Positions 25,596-38,280 are shown, numbered from the whole stretch's first letter. The stretch: 63,270 nucleotides of DNA, filler included, from Reticulomyxa filosa (GCA_000512085.1; 19 parts of 19 records of this genome joined end to end with filler, not necessarily neighbours in it); one strand, 5' to 3'. Notes: generated from the letters alone by a model not told the origin. Translations and numbers: made by a program.

Positions 25596-26352
25596 TTAAT
25601 ATATTAAAAATAAAAAAATTAAAAAATTGCAAACCTTTTCAACTCCTTTCGGAGACGGGGGGGCTGTACCCCATTTAACAATTTTTTTCATTATCAAAGT
25701 GGGCTTCGGTCCAACATGTTGGTACACAACCACATTCTTTGTTCGGGAGATTTTTCTTCGCCGACTTTTGAAACTGGAGGATAAACATGGGCAATCGGTG
25801 GAGGAGCATTTGGTTGACGTTTCAATAGGCCATTTTTGTGCCATTCCGGCTTTGCGCAACGCTTTGTCATCTGCATGTTGTCGCAGGATGATCCATGCTA
25901 CTACATCGTCACTTACTTCCAGTACCAAAAAATTCAATTGTTCTTTGTCACAAGATTTGTAATGTTCCAACTTGTAATGCGACAAACGTATTTTGATGCC
26001 GATGATAATCAATGACTTATGGTGAGTCTTGGTCACAAATCTCATCGAAGCGCATCCACACAAAGCAGACAATTGCGCAGAATTGCTTATTAAGGACGAC
26101 GCGTCCACATTGACTAATCGCAAATCGATCGTATTGGTCCATTGTCGCTCTCCTCCATTTGTGCCTAAAAAATGATCAAGCCATTAAAGTTCAGGTCTTG
26201 ATTGTACATGAATATGCGCTTGTTGCATTTGAGGCCGTCCTCTTCTCTCGGTGCGTCGACTCCCGATACAACTTTAACATAAATTTCGAATCCAGAATAT
26301 GGCAAATAGGTGTCAATGCACAATGGATGACGCTTATCAATCACAACAACGG
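25596..26352 (-). pseudogene. HECTD1/BTB-type galactose-binding (SUN-like) domain, frameshifted
   Basis: FMYNQDLNFNGLI / FLGTNGGERQWTN..LRLVNVDASS...SHYKLEHY...VLEVSDDVVAWIILRQHADDKAL...KWPI matches F.Y..DFD.NG..Y.LGT....W.NP...HYTLRH...GS.DG..W..LR.H..D..L. Confidence 0.6.
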
Positions 26353-26664
26353 NNNNNNNNNNNNNNNNNNNNNNNNNNNNNNNNNNNNNNNNNNNNTTAA
26401 TTAATTAANNNNNNNNNNNNNNNNNNNNNNNNNNNNNNNNNNNNNNNNNNNNAATCTTCAAATCAAAGTTGGCCGAAAATACCAAGTTTTCCAACTATTT
26501 TGTTGTGTGTTGGCATTTATTTATTTATTTTTTTGGTGATTGTCGCAATGTTGCAATAAGCAAGTAAGCAATAAGCAATACAAAAGCCAAGTACACAAAA
26601 ACAATAGAATAATGACAACGGAATCACAATAATCATGGACTTTTTGTGTTGCTTAAACTTTCAG

Positions 26665-27484
26665 ATCTCGATGAACAATTCCATTGTTGTGCAAATATTT
26701 ACTCCTATCACAGCCAAGGAACTGCATGTGGACAAAGCTCTGAAGCAACAACAACTATTGCGTGAACATCCTGCCTTATTCTGAGCTGGGGTTGCCTTGT
26801 TGAGAGCCAATGCCAAAAATGATAACGAAAGTGAACTATTTGATCGAAGCTGTCTATATCTACAAACAATACATACACATATATATGTATACGTATATGA
26901 CATATGGATAATTTTAAGAAATTTGTTTTCCAAATGTGATAATATAAATGCGCACATAAAACAAAATAAATACATAACATTACATACGTATACGTAAGGT
27001 TGGAATTGGTAGGTATGAATTTGGAGCAGGCCCAAAACCCACAATACTTTGTGGAAATGGAAGATTGTGAAGCGAGAGACGATGATACGAATAAAGACCG
27101 AATGAGCGTGAATACCAATACCAACAACAACATTAACAAAGAAAAAGCGAATGAAAATACAACCAAGAACTCGCAAGATATTGAGTCTCCCAAAAAAACG
27201 GTAAACGATAAAAAAGACAATGTAAATCCAAATAGTGAAGATGAAGAAAAAATTGCTATGTCCTCGACGACGAATTACTAGTCATCGAAAAACAATGCTG
27301 ACATCAACATTAATGATAATGATAACGCAATACCTCCAGAAGATTTGCTCCTTCTAAAGCAAAGCAACTCTCTGATCGGAGACGGAAATGAATAAGACAT
27401 GCGAGAGACTCATTACGCCGCTCCGATGGAAGACTTGAGTGCGACGCAGAAATGGAAATGGAGATGCAAATGGAAGTAGCCGAA
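26665..27484 (+). pseudogene. Intron-containing pseudogene of an unknown protein
   Basis: Coding-like frames with an intron at ~26850-26998, interrupted by in-frame TGA 26782, TAG 27279 and TAA 27393. Confidence 0.5.
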
Positions 27485-28235
27485 NNNNNNNNNNNNNNNN
27501 NNNNNNNNNNNNNNNNNNNNNNNNNNNNTTAATTAATTAANNNNNNNNNNNNNNNNNNNNNNNNNNNNNNNNNNNNNNNNNNNNTGGCATTTTATGTGTC
27601 AACTTTCTTTTTTATCTTACTGTATTAGCTTGTCTGCAATAACTAACGAATCTTTTGCACGCATTTGCTGCGACAGTGCATCTAAACTGTAGTAAGCGCT
27701 GACAACTGACTTGGCTTCAGTACCACAATCATGAGCGCAGGGACACTGGAATCTATAATCAATTATCGACATAATATCTATCTGAAGTCAAAATAATACT
27801 GCAATCCACAACAAATGACTCTGGAATCCATAACAAATGTGACGTCGAACACAACCGTACTATCGATCACGAACAATCTTCGATGCCAATTTTGTTTGAC
27901 ATTGCGTTTTATAATTCCAAACTTTCAGTCTTTTAAAAAAGAAAAAATTTGTTTGCCTAACTTCTCTGAAACGAAATTGACGCATGAACAAACAATTCCT
28001 TCACCACTAGCGCTGGAGACTTGAAACGAACTTGCTGCATAACTGAAAAAAGTTCCTCACTACTAGCACATTTTAATTTTTTTTGAAAATGAAATCTTGC
28101 CATTTAAAATTTCATACACTTTGAAATGTGGAAAAGAATTTGATGTAATTAGTACTTTTTTAGAGGTAAGTATATGATTCAAATGAATGGAAATGAAAAT
28201 AACAAATGATTGACGAACTTATTTTATAATTAACA

Positions 28236-29525
28236 ATGAATCCAAACTCAGAAGAAGCTAGCACGGATGGTTGTTACTTTATACTCGCAGTTTGATTATC
28301 ATCAAATGTAACAGTGTCTTCGTTTTTTTGTGAACTTTTGCGCTTGTATGTATAATCTGTGAATGACAGCATTATCTGCCTTGTTGGCGAGCACAAGTAG
28401 CCAATTGTTTGCCAAAATTGGCAAACATTTGGAAGAATTACAAGTGACGGAGGAAGATTTGAAGCACATGTCTTTGACCGAGTTAACTGAAGAATCAGAC
28501 TTGATAGCATTTGGCATTAAAGATCGTTAAGTGCTTTTCAAAGTCTTATTTTGATCTACCATTAGCAGTGTATATTTGACAACTTTAAGCAAATATGCAA
28601 AATAAACTAGCATTTCGACGAGAATTTGTACTAAAAAAAGTGGAAAAGTTGATTAAAAACAATGAGGCAAACGATTCAAAGTACATAAAACATGTGTTTG
28701 ACAATACAAAATCGGACTTGTTTGTAAAAATTGGCCATCACTTGTTCGATTTACAAGTTGAAACGGATGATATCGAATCGATTGATGATTTGAAAAAATT
28801 TATTTCTGTGGAGGAACTTCAGACATTTGGAATTACCTCAGGCCCCTTTTTTGTTCCAATTCATTGATCTAAAAACAATAGACAAAAATATATATGTACA
28901 TACATATATAGAAGATAAATCGAATTTCGTGTATAAAAAAGCATTTCTGTTGATAACAAATTTGAAAGAAAATCTGTCCGAAGTGAAGGAGTTGGTGAAT
29001 AAGCAATCGATGATGTTTTCCCCATCGATAATGGTCCAAGAGACACCAAGCAAACTCATCCCATCCACGTTGCATATGCGACAACAAAGTCGCAGGTTTA
29101 CCTTATCCGGCCCCATCGACGCGAGGTCCTTTTGGCGATTCTATTTTGGACAGGTTCATTCCTTCGACAAGACTTTATGAATAAAATGTATATTGATAGA
29201 CGCATGTGTTATGTGTGTAATAAATATATCAATACACAAACATTAGCAAGACAAAGTGACAGAGGGACAAATGGAAGGCGCGATTGTGTCGTTGATGGAA
29301 AGTCTACACGATGAGACTCGAATATCGGAAACCAATGTCCAATGTATATTGTCCGCGATTATCAGTCAACAGCAACAACAACAGCAACAGCAACAGCAAC
29401 AGCAACCCAGCAACCAAAGGACACGATGCTATGATTCACAAAGACTCGTTTTACACTTTTACGACTCGTTTTACAGCGACAATGTCATTCGCTCTTTCAT
29501 TCAATTGCAGGATGAATGTTTGTTT
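28236..29525 (+). CDS. Tandem SAM-domain protein with a Cbl/SHK-like EF-hand-type segment and polyQ, 3' partial
   Basis: Introns 28270-28369, 28526-28610, 28842-28911 (GC-AG?) and 29154-29246. Two similar units, LFAKIGKHLEELQV...DLIAFGIKDPFRREFVL and LFVKIGHHLFDLQV...ELQTFGITS, then DARSFWRFYFGQQDKVT. Confidence 0.6.
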
Positions 29526-29626
29526 NNNNNNNNNNNNNNNNNNNNNNNNNNNNNNNNNNNNNNNNNNNNTTAATTAATTAANNNNNNNNNNNNNNNNNNN
29601 NNNNNNNNNNNNNNNNNNNNNNNNNA

Positions 29627-31784
29627 ATGAAAAAAAAAGTCTCTGTGGCAGTATTCTGTATCGCCATGGGATTGGCGGCGCTGTTTTTAATGCGATGGCT
29701 TGTACTAGTATGCGTGTGGTATTTCAACCTGAAAGAAAACGACGTAACGGCACAAGAGAATGCCACAGGAACCAATGACAGCGTTGACAATGGCATTCAT
29801 GGCAACGGTTCAGCTCCTTCCATTGCCCAGTCGGACAAGTGGTGCCATCTCTCCACGTTTTTCACGCTCTTTTCTCTCGTGTTATTGTTATTCAATGTCA
29901 GTCTCTTTTTCTTCTTTTATAATCAATCTATATCTCTTTTACAAATAACAAATAACTACAATAATAATAATTTTTATTATTATTATTATTATTATTGTTG
30001 TTGAACAAAGGCTGCAGTTATCCTGTACTTGGCACAAACCGATAACAACGGTTGGAACACGCGGACAACAGAGATACTGGTGTCAATATTTGAAGCAGAT
30101 CACGCAGTGTTGTACGGTCTGGTGCTTGTCGCAGTGTGGTTGTTCAACCCAAAAAAAAAGGATCTACACGAGTTGGAAATTCCACATCGGATCTCACCCG
30201 AAAAAGTCACTGTCTTCCATCATCCCGATGGGACTATTACCACTGTCACTGCTGGAGGTAACTTTATATTACGTACATATATATGTATATATACGTATAT
30301 GTATGTATACGTATATATGTGTATGTCTAAATTGTCAGCAACAGCGGAAGACGCCGAGAAATTGAAGAAATGGTACAAAGTATCATTTGGAAAAGATGAC
30401 GACGAGGACCAAGAGAACCTGCTGACATTGCGAGAACACCGACGAACGAACACGCTGACAACAGACACAAGTTCGCCACAGCGCCACGAGGGACCCTATG
30501 TTTCGCACACGAACGAATACAAGAGTACGAATCTTCATAATCAGAACGAAACGGACAATGACGATGATGAGGACGAAGATGAGGATGAAGAGGAAGAGGT
30601 CGAAGAAGACGAAGACGACGATGAGGACAACGAAAATGATTACGGCGACGACGATGGCAACGCAAGCAGGCCTGCAAACCACATTGAAGCAACGCCATTA
30701 GAAAAAGGCAAGCGAAGAGGAGGAGTGCATTACGAGAAAAGCAATAGAAATGAAGAAGATTCGAGACAGGACATGGAGGAAACTGATGAAGACGATGACA
30801 ATGACAATGATAATGATAATGATAATGATAATGATAATGATAACAGTCATGAAATGCAACAACACTTTCAACCTATGCCATTTGCAAATGAAAAAGATAG
30901 AAATGGATTTGCTCCGATGATTATAATTAACCCCCATCCAAACCTGGCCCCACAAAATGATAATGCCGCCACAGCAGCAGCGACGGCGACGCAACACATT
31001 TGGTACGATTTGAACCAGAATAGCAATGGGGCCGTACCCTTCCAAGACACGCGAAGGGCCATGTCCACAAATCTGTTTGTTACCACAGCCGCACCGACAC
31101 AGCAGCCGTCGCACACTCGAATCCCGACGTATCCGCATACGCATAGTCTCGTCATCCCCAACGGTGGCCCGCAGAACATGTATCTCACGCAAGAAGACAT
31201 GTTCAATCGCGTTCAAGGTGCCTATGTCCAGCGAGGTCCCAACGCACACGACCTGCAGTATAACGACTCCTGGCAAGATAATCTCGATCCAGACAACAAC
31301 CGAAAGAGAAGAGAGAGCAAGGTATGTACTTTTTTCAAATGACATTGCATCAAAAAAATCAATTGAATATATATGTGTATATGTATATATTCAATTGGTT
31401 TTGTGTTTGATCAGATATTGCAAGAGGACCGACCATCGATACAAGAATTAGAATTGGAGTCGGTAGTGTCAAGTTTGACCGGTCTGCCAACAATCCCTCA
31501 ATGTTCGCATATGGACGTTGGCCAAGACATTTTTATACAGCAGCAGCAAGAACAACATCAACACCAAAAGCAACAACAGCAACAACAAATAACATTTCAA
31601 CAATCGTCCCCCGTATCTGACGTACCTTCTCCACAGCAAGTACAGGCTCAGATGCAATCGCAGACTCCGACTCAGATACAAATTCAGACACAAGCACAGA
31701 CACCGACGCAGCTGCAGACACCGACACCGACACAAGCGCAACTCCAACAGCAACAGCAACAGCAACAGCAACAACAGCAACAGC

Positions 31785-31821
<37 letters not shown>

Positions 31822-33297
31822 GCAACAGCAACAACAACAACAACAGCAACCACAGCCATCGCTTATATTTTACAGTCCTTTGCCTTGCCCACCCTATTAC
31901 GGGGCACTTGAAATGGACCATCAAGGTGGCCAAGGCCATCCAGTGCAACTGACTGTACCCATGGCGGTACCGATGAATTGGGCCCCTACGCTGGTAGGTG
32001 GTGGCTACATGCAGGCGCCATTGCCGCCACTGCCGACGGCCACAACGATCCTGCAGCAACGGCAGAGCAACCACATGCGTGTCCAAGCGGACGAGGAGGA
32101 CGACCAGGAAGAACTTTCTTCTGTTCATCGCTCGCCTTCGAACACAGAAACCATTGCTAGCGATCAAACGCCTTCCCTTCCGCTTCAAAATACTTTTATA
32201 AACGCCTCGTTCAAGAACAAACAGACACGCCCTTCTCGCGTTGTCTCCAACAGTCATTCGCAACAACACTTCCCTCCAACGTCGATGCAAAATACCACCC
32301 ATGTCCATCATGACTACGACCAACATTATAACCCGGTCAATAACCACATTGTCGCTGGTAATATCAATGATGGCAATGGTGACAATGGTGACAATGATGA
32401 CAATGGTGACAATGATGACAATGATAATGATGATGACAATGATGATAACGATGATGATGATGATGGCGAGGATGACGAGGATGAAGATCAAGATGAAGAG
32501 GAAGAAGATCATAATCCAGTTCATCTTGCATCTGCTTCACGAAAGCAAGGTTCGTAAAAATATATGTATGTATGTATACGTATCTAGGTGTGCAGTTGTT
32601 TTTTTTTTACACAGACCAAACCTTTTATTTGTAACATATCTGCAATAGATATTCCACATTACAACCCATTTGTAGGGTCCAATCAGTTGGCATTGGACAA
32701 TAACCAACTCAGAGAGAACAATGCACATGCAAGATCTTTAGAGAAACAAATGGGCTCAATTGTCGATACCAAAACTATTGAAGAGTACGACGAAGAAGAA
32801 AAAATGTATATAGTTCGTGGTACTGCAAGCAAAAGTAGTGTCAATCATGACGCCGCAAAAACTTATTCAAGAAAAACAGGAGATGAAAGAGAAGTGTCAG
32901 CTGCACATTCGTACTATCGCAGTCACCCACATTTCAATAGCGAAGACAAACATTCCAAGAATCATTTGCCCAGATTTGGCAATCAAATGGAAAACTTTGA
33001 CGAAACAAATGGTACAAGATTTTCGCAAAATGGGATGTCTAGTGAAAATGTAAAAATTCAAGAAAATGAACTGATTCTTTCAAAAACTCAAAATCAAAGT
33101 GGCGATGCCACAAATAACTTTGACACAAATCAAATTCAAAATACAAGACCTGAGGATGTTGCACAAATGTTATGTTCTTGACTCTGTTGTTGTGTTCATT
33201 CATGTCTTTTTTTTTCATATAAATTGTAATGTTTTTTATTGATGACAGAAGATACGAATTTCGACACGCAAATGCTAATTCAATAGATGAAATGTAA
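29627..33297 (+). CDS. Multi-pass membrane protein (GPCR/TOM1-like?) with a very long acidic, polyQ cytoplasmic tail, 5' partial
   Basis: Two hydrophobic helices, then ~900 aa of low complexity. Frame-preserving introns 29839-30010, 30258-30338, 31322-31414, 32550-32648 and ~33169-33248. Confidence 0.65.
31745..31849 (+). repeat. (CAA/CAG)n coding polyglutamine tract
   Basis: About 35 consecutive Gln codons. Confidence 0.95.
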
Positions 33298-33743
33298 ATC
33301 ATTACTAATATTTTTCTTTTTGCTTTTTTTCCTCTCTTTCATTTGTTTTTCGCCAATGCCTTTCTCCGTTTGTGCTAGTCACATCGTGCTTCTTTTTTTG
33401 TTGTTTATTTACTGCTTTGTGTTTGCTTGTTTTTTGTTTGTTTGTGATGAGGTGTGTTATCCAATTATTGTACGTTTTTTCATCCCAAAGTCTTAACCAT
33501 ACTATTTCGAAATAGGTGGCGCAGTGTTAACGAGTGATCCAACACTTTCAAAAAATAGTCTCTCAACTCACAAAAACATGATTCAATATTTTATTTGAAC
33601 AAAATTGATTTGAATATTTTCAAAAGATTTTTGTCAGAAAAAAAGAGAAATTTTCTGTCAAAATTGTAAGATTTAGGGAAAGTAATTGTTTCAAATATAA
33701 AAGAGCAGGAAAAAGAGACTAAATTTAATTAAGGTACTCGAGC

Positions 33744-34770
33744 TTATGAAATAAATGATGATAAATCATAGCCGTTGCTTTTATCAATAATTTTCAACAA
33801 AGAGGACAGACTCTCCTGGTCAAAAATATTCAAAGGAATAAACGAGATCAATCCAAAACTTTCAATTAAATTTGCCATTTCAGAGTTCATCTCTTGAAAT
33901 TTTTTGGCAGTGGTACTGAGCGTACCACTGTTATCACTCATTCTATCAATAAATCGGTACAAATCCAGGCCATCGCAATAGTAGTCTATCGAAAAGGCCA
34001 TTGAATCTTCGAAGTTTTTCAAAAGGTCCATTCTTAATGTTTGTGTAGGTAGTAGTTGCAAATTATATTGTTTCAGGCAAATTACAAACTTCAAAAAAAA
34101 AAAAAAAAAAAAGGTGTGTAAGCATATAACACATGGCAATGATAACTTGGACAGCACATTGACGTGTGGCATTTCCAGATGCAACATCATCGTCAACGAC
34201 ATCATAACCAAGCTGATATATTGAAACTGATTTACACGATCACTAATGCAATGATGAATATCACAAACGTTGACACAAGTCAGCCGATAGTTCCATTGGT
34301 ACAACATGCATTGAACAATATCTCGCATAAAGCCATGATTGATGTATAATTCCACTTGCCCAGGGCAGTCAAAGATCAAATAAATCTCATCATCTCCATG
34401 CTCGACACGGTTAGCAGTACGAAGCAAATCCAATTTATGTCGCAACCACAACATATTTTGTGACAAGTACTCCATACAATAAATCAATCCACCATTGGGT
34501 CCTAGTTCAAAAGCATCCATTCCTTCCTCCAAGGAAATCAATTCCTTGATATCCGCACCAACAAAGTGGTCATATCCCAATTTGCCGTAATCGTTGTCGG
34601 GATCCAAGTTGATAATCTTAACCAAGCGTTTGTGTTTGTCTTGAGATTCTAATTGTGATGAGGAATCAGCTGGAGCGGATGTGTCTTGTGACAGATATTG
34701 GCACATTGTTACGCAATAAGTAGTTTTACCACTCCCTGGAGGTCCAATCACAAATTGTCCATAATAGATC
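33744..34770 (-). CDS. GPN2: GPN-loop GTPase 2 domain
   Basis: YYGQFVIGPPGSGKTTYC, NLDP, LGPNGGLIYCMEYL, FDCPGQVELY, LEMPHVNVLSK|MDLL (114-nt intron 34033-34146), IDKSNGY. There is no in-frame ATG between the upstream stops and the P-loop. Confidence 0.92.
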
Positions 34771-34931
34771 CCATGGTCACTTTCATCATCCCCTTCCTCT
34801 TCTTTTTTCTCCTTTTCGTCCCCTTTGCACTGCCTCTTTTTGTTGCATTTGATTTGGCAAAAGTGTCATTAAACATAGCTTCAAACAAGTCTTGTGGCGG
34901 TGGCTCATTGATGTTTGCCATTGTCTTTTTA

Positions 34932-35618
34932 TCACTGTTGTCGGTTTCGGCCTCTCTTATTTTCGTTTTTTTTTTGTTGGTTTGCCAGGTCTTTGTCACT
35001 TTCATACCACCGCTTTTGCTTATTTTGTGCTTTGGCGTTCTCCTGTTTCTCAAATGCTTTTTTCTCCAATATCATCCTCAAACTTTCGCTTTCCTCTTTT
35101 GCTTGGACATTTTGAGGTTGTAACTTCAATGCTTTTTCAAAGTCTTTTTTTGTTTGTTTTTGATTGGTTGCTAAATTTTTTTTTATATTTTATTCTATGT
35201 TTTTATGCTCATCTTGCTCTCATACCTTGCAAGGCGGATTTGAATTTACCCAGACATTTGTATGCAGTTGCTCTTCTAAGATATGATTTCACGTGCTTAT
35301 CGTCTATTTTTAATGACTCGTTACTGTCGCTTATTGATTCATTAAACCTGTGGCGTTCATACATACAATATACATACATTACAGCATTCTCATTGAATCT
35401 TTCCTTTTGGTAACTAGTCTTTTCTGTTGTTTATTGCCCTTCTGTTAAACCAACTTGCCAATTTTCAAGTATGCCATGGCTCGATTTGCCCACGCTGTTG
35501 CGTCTCTTCTGTTTTCTTGAATATATTTCGTATAGCATTCGATGGCTTCTGTATAGTTTCCCTCCTTATATTTTTGATTTCCTTCATCTTTAAAATTTTT
35601 TGCTGAATTATTTGCCAT
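34932..35618 (-). CDS. Three-TPR carboxylate-clamp domain (RPAP3/Tah1/SPAG1-like), probably the N-terminus of the GPN2 gene
   Basis: Spliced with introns 35348-35454 and 35144-35225: MANNSAKNFKDEGNQKYKEGNYTEAIECYTKYIQENRRDATAWANRAMAYLKIGKFNESISDSNESLKIDDKHVKSYLRRATAYKCLGKFKSALQDFEKALKLQPQN. Clamp residues K, N, N, K, R are present. Confidence 0.88.
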
Positions 35619-35803
35619 TGCCGATTATTCGCACCCCCAGTTTTTCTTTTTCCTGGTTCAAGCACATGGTAGAAACTAAAAAAAATTAAAATAGTTAAGT
35701 AAAAATGCAAATTTAGAAGCAAAAAGATACACTATTAAATTTTAATCTATTCTTTTAATCAACTAATCTGAAAACACGAAAAATAAATATTTTTTTTTTA
35801 GAG

Positions 35804-36152
35804 ATGAAGGCGCCAAAGACGCCAATCTTGCTAAAGTTTTGCCCGCCTCGTCCAAAATAGACATAGTACGCATAAATATAAAAAAAAGAAAAGCACTGCC
35901 TCTCTTCATCGCTGTGGCATACCAACTGGGCATTTATATTTCTATTGATAGGCCAAATGTGCATTTGAACTTCGTTCGGAATTTTCGAATATGATTTATT
36001 TGCTTTTGTGTGTTTTTGATAATATGGCCCATTTGAAGTTCGTGCTGGTTCAATGTTCGAATTTTGAAAGTGTTTCATGCTGGAACATGTATGTAGGACG
36101 AGGACCTACAGTGTTAAGCGAAGTTCCAAAAGGAACTGTGAAACCCTATTGA
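35804..36152 (+). CDS. Putative small 3-exon membrane protein (~70-76 aa), missed by the ORF track
   Basis: MKAPKTPILLK|KALPLFIAVAYQLGIYISIDRPN(VHLNF)|FVLVQCSNFESVSCWNMYVGRGPTVLSEVPKGTVKPY*. GT-AG introns 35836-35888 and a second ending ~36038. Confidence 0.4.
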
Positions 36153-37738
36153 GTCAAACTTCTTTTCAAAACCAACACTCAAACCTACTTGTTGTTCTTG
36201 TTGTTTCTCATTTTGTTTTCTTCTTAATTTAGCTTTTGTTTTATTTTGAAATTGGCACAAAAGAGTTATTTCCTTTTCATATTACACTTGTCTGATGCAA
36301 AGTAGCTGCCTCACTCTCCCTATATGTATTTGGCCATTTTGTTCTTCCCTTTTGAGTTAGCTTTACTTTGCCAGAGAGATGTCAGTATTTACGTCAATGC
36401 AATTTTTAGTTCAGCAATTGATTTTCTTTTTTATTTAATGAAACTTTAATGAATAAAAAGGGAATAAGAGTATACTAAGATCGATGCTAGAACCGATTTC
36501 AGATTTTACTAACGTTTAGTGCTCTTTTAAATATTTTCCATTATTGATCGCGACAATCAAAGAACATATAATCTGTGATACAATTTCATTTGCGACTATA
36601 ATCAAGGAAGAGCACATTTTTGGTTTCTTAGTGATTTTTTTTGTAAAGGAAGGGTCTGTTGCGGTAGCGGCAATTGCATGTTACAGAATGTTGAAAGGGA
36701 TGAAAAGGGCTTACATTTTATAAATTAGTATTGCAATCTCCATTGAGAAAATGCAAAACTTTGGTAAAATAAGCAATCAAAGGAGGCTTCGTGTCAGATC
36801 AAAGGTAGTAACTTTTTGCATTACACTTAGTACCAGCTACATTCTTTCAGTAACTCTTTGGATATGGTAATTATCATGTTTACATTTTGCTGTTTTGAAA
36901 GAGCAAAAAGTAAAATGTGCACTTACCATAAGCAACAATCNNNNNNNNNNNNNNNNNNNNNNNNNNNNNNNNNNNNNNNNNNNNTTAATTAATTAANNNN
37001 NNNNNNNNNNNNNNNNNNNNNNNNNNNNNNNNNNNNNNNNTGTAGAGTAAAATGTCTGGAGAGTGGAATGAGCAAACACGGACAATCAAAGAAAAAATTA
37101 ATAAATTGATAAGAAAAATTGTTCTTTTTTTTTTTTTACATCAAAAATTTTGGAATAATGTTATTGAATACAACATCTCAGTCAAAACCTTCTTTATAAA
37201 TAACAATTACGACCCAAATTTTGATTTGACGCGTTAATTTTCACAAAGTTATTTGCTGCCTTTTCAAAGTTCATGGTATGTCGTATTTGGCTCAACGCAC
37301 ATTTGGTTTGATCAAAAACACAAGTCGTCCCATTCTTTTTAAAATTGTTATTAAATTGATAAAGAAAATACAAAAATTTGATTTTTTCTGCAATGACAAT
37401 AAGTTATTTTAATTGGCTAGTTTTTTTATCCACTAGGAAACGCTTTTGGAAAAACAATCAAAAACAGTGAATGAATGCCATAAAGCAAAAATATACTTTT
37501 CTTATTATTTTTTTGTGATTGAACAAATGGTTGAATTAGCTTGACAATAGTTGACTAAGAAATTAAAAATGGTGAATATTACAAACATCAGCCCTTTTGA
37601 ATTTTGCACTATTTCGCCAAAATAGAAGAAGATTTGAAAAGGATATCAAGAATTGGAGAATTAAAGAAATTGTAAACTAACTGATACAAAAAAAAAAGGA
37701 AAACAGTTTTTTTTATATAAATTTTTTCTAAGAGTTCA

Positions 37739-38142
37739 TCAACAACACTTCGTCTCGTAAGATGCCTGTTGATTCAACTTGATTACCTTCACACGCACAC
37801 ACGAACTGTCTTGCACAGTGAAGTCATCTTTCAAATTAAAATTCCCGCGCACACGTGTTGGCCAAAGAAATATTTTGACGCAAAGTATAATAGCTATTTC
37901 TTTAAGTTCATACACCTGCCAACGTACTTGTTTTTTTCCCATTCTTGAACAATGTCTTGAATTTTTTTGGAAATATTATCTCTAACTGGTACGCGTAAGT
38001 TCTTTTTGCAGTAATTGATTAATGTGTGTGTGTGCCAATGGCGTCCTAAACAAAGGATCGCAATAGCTTGACAAAAAATTCCGATTTTCTCTTTCTGCGG
38101 CTATATTTGCGCGTGCTTGGAGGAATGCATCTTGTTTCTGCT
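37739..38142 (-). CDS. 3' fragment of an unknown intron-containing gene
   Basis: Exon-like QKQDAFLQARANIAAERENRNF and NLRVPVRDNISKKIQDIVQEWEKNK, separated by a (CA)n intron-like segment. The model is uncertain. Confidence 0.3.
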
Positions 38143-38242
38143 NNNNNNNNNNNNNNNNNNNNNNNNNNNNNNNNNNNNNNNNNNNNTTAATTAATTAANN
38201 NNNNNNNNNNNNNNNNNNNNNNNNNNNNNNNNNNNNNNNNNN

Positions 38243-38244
38243 AA

Positions 38245-38280
<36 letters not shown>

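Noticed and set aside
26782-27395. Stop-codon reassignment or selenocysteine
   Set aside because: All three stop types interrupt this frame, while intact genes end normally with TAA, TAG and TGA. This is pseudogene decay.
30327-32524. Long antisense ORFs (poly-L/I/V)
   Set aside because: They are shadows of coding trinucleotide repeats (polyQ, D, N) on the plus strand.
34033-34146. Novel insertion in GPN2 (LSLPCV...FFFFFF), and similar inserts in PDCD4 and the membrane protein
   Set aside because: They are stop-free 3n GT-AG introns; removing them restores the conserved sequence.
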